A stretch of 64,000 nucleotides of DNA, from assembly GCA_964495255.1 (NCBI GenBank), contig CAZBVC010000007.1:274-64273 (forward strand). The letters are read 5' to 3'. The notes beneath the pieces were generated by a model that worked only from the letters and a program-made list of their open reading frames with translations, did not search any database and had not been told where the DNA came from. Numbering within the stretch: position 1 is the stretch's first letter; every line of letters starts with the position of its first letter. Below are positions 22,514 to 29,708 of the stretch, one piece after another. Origin of the DNA: an uncultured Oscillospiraceae bacterium (GTDB taxonomy: Bacteria > Bacillota > Clostridia > Christensenellales > CAG-138). The position numbers and the translations under genes are program-made.

Positions 22514-23791
22514 ATGAGCAGTATCGTATGGATAGCCATGATTCTGCTGCTGGTGATCGGGTTGCCCATCGGCTTTGCCCTGACGGCTCTTTCTATTGTC
22601 CTGCTTGCCACCAGCGGAACGTCTACGCCTTTTTCCATTGCGCAAAAATCAGTTACCAGTTTGCAGTCGTTCACCATGCTCGCGATTCCCTTCTTCATGC
22701 TCGCCGGCAACGCTATGTCGGAAACAAACGTATCAAAAAAGATCTTTAACTTCGCCGGCAGTCTCGTTCGTCATCTGCCGGGCGGCATGGCGCATGTCAA
22801 CATCCTTTGCAGCATGCTCCTTGCCGGAACGTCAGGCTCCGCCGTTGCGGACGTTACGGGCGTGGGCAAATTGGAGATTGACGCCATGGAGGACGCGGGC
22901 ATGGATCGCGACTTTGCCGCGGCGACCACGGCGGCGTCCGCCTGCATCGCGCCCATCATCCCGCCTAGCATGAGCATGGTCATATACGCCTCCATTTCGG
23001 GCGTTTCCATCGGCAAGATGCTTTTCGGCGGGCTCGTACCCGGCGTCCTGCTGGGCGTGGCGATGATGATCTACGCTTATTTTTACAGCAAACGCAAAAA
23101 CTTCCCGATCCAGCCGCGCGTTACGTTCGGTGAGTTCGGGAAAACGTTTGTGGACGCAATCCCCGCGCTGATGCTGCCCGTCATCATATTGGGCGGCATA
23201 CTGGGCGGCATCTTTACCGCGACGGAAGCGGCGGCGGTCGGCTCGTTTTACGCGATTTTGCTGGGACTGTTGTTCTATCGCAACCTCAGCTTGAAGAAGC
23301 TGTTCGTCATCCTCGGCAACACGGCATTCCTCTGCGCAACGACGATGTGTATCATGTATGGCTCGTCCGTGTTCGGTCTCGTGCTCACGCAGAATCAGAT
23401 TCCGCAGAAGCTCTGTGCGTTCTTCGTGAATCTTTCCGAACAGCGCTGGATCATCGTGATTTGTGTGAACATCATGCTGCTCATTCTCGGCTGCCTGATG
23501 GACTGCACGCCGATTCTCATCATTTTGAGCGGCACGCTCGCCCTGCTTGCCCAACAGCTCGGCATGGATCCCGTCCAGTTCGGCGTCATGGTCGTTTTGA
23601 ACGTGACCATCGGGCTTATCACGCCGCCGGTCGGCATGATCCTGTTCGTGACCCAAAAGGTGGCGGGCATCAGCACAAAGCGAATGTTTACCGTCGTTTG
23701 GCCCTATGTGGGCATGATGCTCATCGTGCTGCTGCTGACCTCGTTTATCCCGCAAATCAGCACATGGATCCCGAACCTGCTGATCCATTGA
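22514..23791 (+). CDS. dctM: TRAP transporter large permease (DctM family), copy 2
   Basis: 425 aa. Differs from copy 1 only in about the first 50 and last 20 residues. Confidence 0.9.
   Translation: MSSIVWIAMILLLVIGLPIGFALTALSIVLLATSGTSTPFSIAQKSVTSLQSFTMLAIPFFMLAGNAMSETNVSKKIFNFAGSLVRHLPGGMAHVNILCSMLLAGTSGSAVADVTGVGKLEIDAMEDAGMDRDFAAATTAASACIAPIIPPSMSMVIYASISGVSIGKMLFGGLVPGVLLGVAMMIYAYFYSKRKNFPIQPRVTFGEFGKTFVDAIPALMLPVIILGGILGGIFTATEAAAVGSFYAILLGLLFYRNLSLKKLFVILGNTAFLCATTMCIMYGSSVFGLVLTQNQIPQKLCAFFVNLSEQRWIIVICVNIMLLILGCLMDCTPILIILSGTLALLAQQLGMDPVQFGVMVVLNVTIGLITPPVGMILFVTQKVAGISTKRMFTVVWPYVGMMLIVLLLTSFIPQISTWIPNLLIH
22661..23730. repeat. Identical core of the dctM tandem duplication (copy 2)
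   Basis: Partner of 21346-22415. Confidence 0.85.
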
Positions 23792-23821
23792 TCAAGCAAA
23801 CAGAGCAAAGGAGAACCGACG

Positions 23822-24586
23822 ATGGAACGCTTCAAAGATCAAGTGGTCGTGGTGACGGGCGCGTCAAGCGGCATCGGCAAGGATATTGCGCAGCGCTTTT
23901 ATGAGGAAGGCGCGATTATGGCGCTTTGCAGCCGCAGCGCGGCGCGCGTGGAAAAGGCGGTATCCGAATATGCCGAGCTGCCGAGCAGCCGCGTAATGGT
24001 CATGTCTGCGGATATGCGCCTTGTGGCGGACGTCCGTGCGTTTGTGGACGCGGTAATCGCGCGCTTCGGGCGGATCGACGTGCTGGTCAACGACGCGGGG
24101 CTGAGCTTTCCCAAGCCGAGCCTCGAAGTGACCGAGGAGGATTGGGACACCACCGTGGACACCAATATGAAGGGCTATTTCTTTATGGCGCAGGCGGTGG
24201 CAAAGGCGATGATCGAGCGCGGCATTCGCGGCAGCATCGTCAACATCGGCTCGGTCAACTCGGTTACGGTGGTCGTGGGGCAAGCGTGCTACGCGGCGAC
24301 CAAGGCGGGTATTTCGCAGATGACGCGCAGCCTTGGGCGGGAATGGGGGCGCATGGGCATTCGCGTGAATTGCGTCGCGCCGGGCAGTATCCCCGCGGAA
24401 TGCAACCGCGTGATGTATTCCGACCCCGCCGTGTTGAAGGCGATGTGCGACAAGCTGCCCATGGGGCGGCGCGGCGTTCCGCACGAGATCTCCGATGCGG
24501 TTATGTATCTTTCCAGCGAGCAAGCGTCCTATATCACGGGGCAAACGCTGTTTGTGGACGGCGGATTGACGCTTGTGCAGGGCTGA
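23822..24586 (+). CDS. SDR-family oxidoreductase (FabG-like)
   Basis: VVVVTGASSGIGKDIA, NDAG, YAATKAG catalytic YxxxK. 254 aa. Confidence 0.9.
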   Translation: MERFKDQVVVVTGASSGIGKDIAQRFYEEGAIMALCSRSAARVEKAVSEYAELPSSRVMVMSADMRLVADVRAFVDAVIARFGRIDVLVNDAGLSFPKPSLEVTEEDWDTTVDTNMKGYFFMAQAVAKAMIERGIRGSIVNIGSVNSVTVVVGQACYAATKAGISQMTRSLGREWGRMGIRVNCVAPGSIPAECNRVMYSDPAVLKAMCDKLPMGRRGVPHEISDAVMYLSSEQASYITGQTLFVDGGLTLVQG

Positions 24587-24604
24587 GGAACGAATAAGAG
24601 CGAA

Positions 24605-25246
24605 ATGGACATTCTTTGCTACGGCGATTCCAACACTTGGGGCGCGATCCCCGGCGGCGGCAGATTTGCGCGCCTGCCGCGGGAAAAGCGCTGGACGGGT
24701 AGGCTTGAGACGGCGTTCGGCGGCAAATACCGTGTGATTGAAGAGGGCTGCAACGGCAGAACGACCGTGTTGGACGACCATGCGGCGGACGGGCGAAACG
24801 GCTTGAAAACGTCTGTGGTCATATTGGAAAGTCATCGTCCGCTGGGGCTTATCATCGTGATGCTTGGCACGAACGACCTGAAACGCCGCTATTGCATGTC
24901 CCCGACGGACGTCGCGGCGGGGTTAAAGCGGCTCGTCAAGGCGATGCAGGCGTATCCATGCGGAAACACGGAGAAGGCGCGCGTGCCGATGCTTTTGATC
25001 GCGCCCGCGCCGATCCTGCATGGGGTGTCGCAGTTTTGGGAGGGCATGTACGCCGAGGAATCCGTCGGCGATTCCGAACAGCTCGGCGCGCTGTATGCAG
25101 ACGTAGCCAAAGAATGCGGATGTGCGTTTTTAGACGCGGGAAGCGTGGTGCGCGCGAGCAAAAGCGACGCGCTGCATCTCGACGAAGCCGCGCATGAAAG
25201 GCTCGCCTTGGCGATCGAAAACAAGATACGGGAAATGGGAATCTGA
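24605..25246 (+). CDS. SGNH/GDSL-family hydrolase (esterase)
   Basis: ILCYGDSNTWG block I, GTND block III, DALHLD block V. Confidence 0.85.
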   Translation: MDILCYGDSNTWGAIPGGGRFARLPREKRWTGRLETAFGGKYRVIEEGCNGRTTVLDDHAADGRNGLKTSVVILESHRPLGLIIVMLGTNDLKRRYCMSPTDVAAGLKRLVKAMQAYPCGNTEKARVPMLLIAPAPILHGVSQFWEGMYAEESVGDSEQLGALYADVAKECGCAFLDAGSVVRASKSDALHLDEAAHERLALAIENKIREMGI

Positions 25247-25298
25247 AACCGCAAATGCGGCAATGAGCCATAAATCTAAACGGAGGAATAAGGAAAAA

Positions 25299-25970
25299 AT
25301 GGAAAAGATCAGAGTTGGCGTTGTGCATACGTTCCTGTATTCGGTGGAGGACTTGAAGGCGATGTTTCGCAAGTATCTGCCGGACGTTGAGATGATCAAC
25401 ATCATCGACGACAGCCTGCTTGAAGAGGCGCTCAAAAACAAGGGTGTGACGCCGGGCATCATCAGCCGTATGTGCGACTATTACACCAATATGCAGGAGC
25501 TGGGCTGCGCCTGCGTACTGAACCAGTGTTCCTCGGTCGGCGAGGTTGCGGATATTGCATCGAAGCTCGTCTCCATTCCCGTCGTCAAGATCGACGGCCC
25601 AATGGCGAAGAAGGCGGCCGAGCTTGGAAGCCGCGTCGCGGTTATCGCAACGGCGATTTCCACGGTGGAACCGTCCAGCCGTTTGGTCGAGCATTATGCG
25701 CGCCTTGCGGGCAAGGACGTCAAGGTGGATCGCTGCTATGTGGACGGCGCTTACGAATGTCTGCTCAAAACGGGCGATAAGCAAAAGCACAACGATATGG
25801 TCTGCGCAAAGGTGCGCGAGGCGGCGAAGGATCACGACGTGATCGTGCTTGCGCAGGGCAGTATGTATCATTTGATGCCGCTGCTTGCGGACGTCAAAAC
25901 GCCGGTTCTGACCAGCCTCGAAACGGGCGTGGCGCAGATTCGCGACGTGCTCGGGCTGGATGCGAAATAA
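25299..25970 (+). CDS. Asp/Glu/hydantoin racemase-family protein
   Basis: 223 aa from MEKIRVGV (RBS GGAGGA). Two-lobed racemase-like layout, with NQCSSVGE around residue 77 and VIVLAQGSMY around residue 185. Confidence 0.65.
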   Translation: MEKIRVGVVHTFLYSVEDLKAMFRKYLPDVEMINIIDDSLLEEALKNKGVTPGIISRMCDYYTNMQELGCACVLNQCSSVGEVADIASKLVSIPVVKIDGPMAKKAAELGSRVAVIATAISTVEPSSRLVEHYARLAGKDVKVDRCYVDGAYECLLKTGDKQKHNDMVCAKVREAAKDHDVIVLAQGSMYHLMPLLADVKTPVLTSLETGVAQIRDVLGLDAK

Positions 25971-26018
25971 GGAGAGCAGCCGCATATCAGTGCGGTGCGA
26001 TAACGGAGGATAATAACG

Positions 26019-27053
26019 ATGACAAAAATTAAAGTCGGTGTAGCGGGATATGGCACGATCGGTCAGCGGCTCGCGGATGGCGTGGCGTTGCAGGGCGATA
26101 TGGAACTCGTGGGCGTGGCGGATTTGGCGCCGACGCTGCCGATTCGTGCGCTGTATGAAAAGGGTATGCCCTATGACCTGTATCTGGTCGCGGGCGCGGA
26201 CAAATCCAAGTTCGACGCGCTTGGCATCCCCGTAAGGGGAACGTTTGACGACCTTTTGGGGCAGGTTGACGTCATGCTGGACAGCAGCCCGGGCGGCGTG
26301 GGCGCGCGCAACAAGGAGCTTTACGAGAAGGCGGGCGTCAAGGCGATTTTTCAGGGCGGCGAGGACAACAGCGTCGCGGACGTGTTCTTCCATGGCTATG
26401 CGAACTATGATAAGGGACTCGGGCAGAACTATTTGAAGCTGACGAGCTGCAACACGACGGGACTCATCCGCACCGTGGACGCGCTGGATCGCGCATACGG
26501 CATGGAACGCGTCGCGATTACGATCATCCGCCGCGTGGCGGATCCGGGCGACTATAATCGCGGTCTGACCAACGCGCTGAGAATCGACAAGGCGCCCTCG
26601 CATCAAGCGGTCGATCTCATGACCATCATGCCGCATGTCGCCGCGACGGGTATTTTGGTGCATACGCCCGTTACGCACGGGCATATCATTACGGTTGTCG
26701 CAACGGGCAAGCAGAAGATCACGCGCGAGATGGCGTTGAAGGCGTTCGAGGCGCATCCGCGCATCCGCGTCGTGCGCATCGACGACGGCTTCCTCGGCAA
26801 CGCGAGCCTGTTCAAATACGCGCGCGACCTCGGTCATACGCGCGGCGACATGTACGAGATCGCCGTTTGGGAGGATTCCATCGTGGAGAGCGGAAACGAC
26901 ATCATGTACGCCATCAACATTCCGCAGGAGAGCGTGACGATTCCCGAAACGATAGACGGTATTCGCGCGGCGATGCGGATGCAGCCCGATCGCGAAAGCG
27001 GCACGGCGGAAACGAACAAATACCTGAACATCGGCAGCTTCAAGCGGAAATAA
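26019..27053 (+). CDS. gap: Glyceraldehyde-3-phosphate dehydrogenase, type II (archaeal type) homologue
   Basis: Collinear with archaeal GAPDHs: GYGTIGQRLAD, IFQGGE, TSCNTTGLIRT (catalytic Cys), IRRVADP, APSHQAVD, DMYEIAVWEDSI, PQESVTIPETIDGIRA. It does not show the bacterial SCTTN class I pattern. Confidence 0.8.
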   Translation: MTKIKVGVAGYGTIGQRLADGVALQGDMELVGVADLAPTLPIRALYEKGMPYDLYLVAGADKSKFDALGIPVRGTFDDLLGQVDVMLDSSPGGVGARNKELYEKAGVKAIFQGGEDNSVADVFFHGYANYDKGLGQNYLKLTSCNTTGLIRTVDALDRAYGMERVAITIIRRVADPGDYNRGLTNALRIDKAPSHQAVDLMTIMPHVAATGILVHTPVTHGHIITVVATGKQKITREMALKAFEAHPRIRVVRIDDGFLGNASLFKYARDLGHTRGDMYEIAVWEDSIVESGNDIMYAINIPQESVTIPETIDGIRAAMRMQPDRESGTAETNKYLNIGSFKRK

Positions 27054-27102
27054 GCGCGGATCAGACTGCCGAAGGCATATGGCGAACCAAAACCGGTAAG
27101 TT

Positions 27103-27132
27103 GGCGGGTGGCGAAGAACCGCCCGCCTTTTT
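27103..27132 (+). terminator. Rho-independent terminator between the GAPDH-like and PGK-like genes
   Basis: GGCGGGTGG-CGAAGAA-CCGCCCGCC (9 bp, one G-U pair) followed by TTTTT at 27128-27132. The pgk RBS GAGAGGA begins 2 nt later. Confidence 0.7.
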
Positions 27133-27146
27133 GAGAGGATAAAGCT

Positions 27147-28394
27147 ATGCGATTCGGAATTCATACGCTGGACGAATTCGACGTTGCGGGCAAGCGCGTG
27201 CTTTGCCGCGTGGACATCAACCAACCCGTGGACAAGGAAAAAGGGACGCTCAAAAGCATTGCGCGCATCAAAGCGTGCGTAAAGACGCTGAGGGAGTTGA
27301 GCGACAAGGGCGCGAAGCTCGTTTTGCTCGCGCATCAGGGCTCGGATATCGAGTATAAAAATTTTTACACGACCGCGCCGCACGCAAAGGTGCTGACCGA
27401 GCTGCTCGGGCGCGAGGTTCGTTTTATCGACGATGTGACGGGGCCCGCCGCAAGGGAAGCGATTTGCTCGCTGAAAGACGGCGAGATCCTGCTTTTGGAT
27501 AACGTGCGTTTTTGCTCGGAGGAGCAGACGCTTTTTGAGACCAAGCTGAACCTGACGCATGAGCAACAGGCGAAAACGCAGGTCGTGACCAAGCTTTCGC
27601 CGCTGTTTGATTTGTATGTTTGCGACGCGTTTGCCGCCGCGCATCGCGACCAACCGTCGCTTTGCGGCTTTGAACAGGTGCTGCCGAGCGCGATGGGCAG
27701 GCTGTTTGAAACGGAATACTGCGTAATCTCCGAGCTGATGGCGGCTCCCGCGCGCCCCTGCACGTTTGTATTGGGCGGCGCGAAGGTTGCGGATGCGTTC
27801 CTTATGATGGAAACCGTGCTGAAAAGCGGCGCGGCGGATCGCGTGCTGACGGGCGGCTTGGTTGGAAACATCCTGCTTGCGGCGAAGGGCGAGGAGATCG
27901 GAAAGGGAAGTATGGACTTTATCGTCTCCTCGGGGTATGATGAATACATTGCGAAATCACGCGCCGTGCTGAACGCGTATCAAGACCGCATCGTTCTGCC
28001 GAGCGATCTTTCGGGCGTTGCGGAGGGGAAGCGCGTGACCTTTGCCGTCGGCAGCGTCCCAGCGGATTTTTCCGCGCTCGACGTGGGCGAGGAAACGGCA
28101 AAAGGCTATGCCGCGCATATCCGATCGAGCAAGACCGTGTTCGTCAACGGGCCCATGGGCGTGTTCGAGCAGGCGGAGACCGAGCTCGGTACAAAGACCG
28201 TTTGGGAAGCGCTCGGCGAAACGGAGGCGTATACGGTGATCGGCGGGGGAGACAGCATTACGGCGACGACCAAGTACGGCTTAACGGACAAGATCGGCTA
28301 TATCTGCACGGGCGGAGGCGCGCTGATCCGCTTTTTGACGGGCGAAGAGCTGCCCGTAGTCAAGGCGCTGCGGCATGCGGCGCAGACGTTCTGA
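27147..28394 (+). CDS. pgk: Phosphoglycerate kinase homologue, archaeal-like
   Basis: RVDINQPV, LLAHQGSD...HAKVL and LLLDNVRFCSEE resemble archaeal PGKs rather than bacterial SHLGRP / ENVRFxxGEE. YVCDAFAAAHRDQPS and TGGGAL are also present. Confidence 0.8.
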   Translation: MRFGIHTLDEFDVAGKRVLCRVDINQPVDKEKGTLKSIARIKACVKTLRELSDKGAKLVLLAHQGSDIEYKNFYTTAPHAKVLTELLGREVRFIDDVTGPAAREAICSLKDGEILLLDNVRFCSEEQTLFETKLNLTHEQQAKTQVVTKLSPLFDLYVCDAFAAAHRDQPSLCGFEQVLPSAMGRLFETEYCVISELMAAPARPCTFVLGGAKVADAFLMMETVLKSGAADRVLTGGLVGNILLAAKGEEIGKGSMDFIVSSGYDEYIAKSRAVLNAYQDRIVLPSDLSGVAEGKRVTFAVGSVPADFSALDVGEETAKGYAAHIRSSKTVFVNGPMGVFEQAETELGTKTVWEALGETEAYTVIGGGDSITATTKYGLTDKIGYICTGGGALIRFLTGEELPVVKALRHAAQTF

Positions 28395-28416
28395 GAAACG
28401 AGAGGGAGCGTGCATC

Positions 28417-29667
28417 ATGCGCTTTGAGCTGGGATTTAACACGGGCGTTCAGACGCTGAACGTGCCCGATGAAAACCTGATCGGCGTGCTTACGCCCAAT
28501 TCGGTCAAGCACGAATTGACGAACGAGGCGGAGGTATGCCGCGCGCTGGAAAACCCGATCGGTTCGCCGCGCCTTCGGGAAATCGTGCGCACAGGCGAAA
28601 AAATCGCCATCGTTACGAGCGATATCACGCGCCCGATGCCGACCTATCGCGTGATGCCCGCGCTGTTGGACGAGCTGTATGCCGCGGGCGTAAAGCGCGA
28701 GGATATTACGCTTGTGTTCGCGCTGGGCAGCCACAGGAAGCACACGCCGCAGGAGCAGAAAAAGCTCGCGGGCGAACGCGCGTTTGCCGAGATAACCTGC
28801 GTGGACGGGGATACGTCAAACTGTGTGTCATACGGAAAAACGTCGCGCGGAACGCCTGTTGACATTTGCCGCGTCGTGGCGGAGGCGGATGTTCGCATCT
28901 GCCTAGGCAACATTGAGTATCACTATTTCGCTGGCTATTCGGGCGGGGCGAAGGCGATTATGCCCGGCGTGAGCACGCGCGACGCGATTCAATCAAATCA
29001 CAGCCGCATGGTGGAGGACGCCGCGTGCGCGGGCAGGCTTTGCGGCAACCCCGTGCGCGAGGATATCGAGGAAGCGGCGGATATGGTCGGCGTGGACTTT
29101 ATCGTCAACGTCGTTTTGGACGAGCATAAGCAGATCATTCGCGCCGTGGCGGGCGACGTAACAAAGGCGCATCGCGCGGGCTGCGCGTTTCTGGACGCGC
29201 TGTATCAAACGCCGATTTCAAAAAGGGCGGATATCGTCGTGGTTTCGCAGGGGGGCGCGCCGAAGGATCTGAACCTGTATCAAACGCAAAAGGCGCTGGA
29301 CAACGCCAAACATGCCGTGAGGGACGGCGGAACGATCATTCTCGTAGGCTCGTGCAGGGAGGGCTTGGGCGAGCGCGTGTTTGAGGAATGGATGACGACC
29401 GCGCCGACGGCAAGCAGCCTGATCGAGCGCATCAAACGGGAGTTTCGTCTCGGCGGTCACAAGGCGGCGGCGATCGCCATGGTGCTGCAAAAAGCCCGCA
29501 TTTTTCTCGTTTCCGAGCTGGAGCCAGCGTTTGTCAAAAGCATTTTCTTGGAGCCGTATGCCGACGTTCAAAGCGCGTTTGACGCGGCGCTTTCCGCATA
29601 CGGAGCAAACGCAAGCGTTCTCGTCATGCCGTATGGCGGATCGACGCTTCCGCGCATGATAGATTGA
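28417..29667 (+). CDS. larA: Nickel-pincer-dependent 2-hydroxyacid racemase/epimerase, LarA family
   Basis: 416 aa from MRFELGFN (RBS GAGGGAG). LarA signature positions: VTSDITRPMP, ALGSHRKHT, EYHYFAGYSGGAKAIMPG (tethering Lys), QSNHS. Confidence 0.85.
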   Translation: MRFELGFNTGVQTLNVPDENLIGVLTPNSVKHELTNEAEVCRALENPIGSPRLREIVRTGEKIAIVTSDITRPMPTYRVMPALLDELYAAGVKREDITLVFALGSHRKHTPQEQKKLAGERAFAEITCVDGDTSNCVSYGKTSRGTPVDICRVVAEADVRICLGNIEYHYFAGYSGGAKAIMPGVSTRDAIQSNHSRMVEDAACAGRLCGNPVREDIEEAADMVGVDFIVNVVLDEHKQIIRAVAGDVTKAHRAGCAFLDALYQTPISKRADIVVVSQGGAPKDLNLYQTQKALDNAKHAVRDGGTIILVGSCREGLGERVFEEWMTTAPTASSLIERIKREFRLGGHKAAAIAMVLQKARIFLVSELEPAFVKSIFLEPYADVQSAFDAALSAYGANASVLVMPYGGSTLPRMID

Positions 29668-29708
29668 TTGAACACAGAACTATATTTGACGAAGGAGAGT
29701 ATCAACTG

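Noticed and set aside
21199-23791. The possibility that the duplicated dctM block is a mobile element or composite transposon.
   Set aside because: There are no transposase, integrase, terminal inverted repeats or target-site duplications. The repeat boundaries fall inside the coding sequences, which fits recombination or gene conversion, or an assembly collapse, rather than transposition.
24936-27653. 905-aa minus-strand ORF. Similar very long antisense ORFs occur at 812..2683, 5876..7447, 29568..31562, 33769..35268, 48791..51406, 51443..52522, 53893..55884 and 60146..61678.
   Set aside because: Each lies exactly antisense to, or out of frame with, a gene that has unmistakable family motifs. 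Their translations are Arg/Ala/His/Asp-rich low-complexity strings with no recognisable domains and no RBS. Long stop-free antisense frames are expected in GC-rich DNA.
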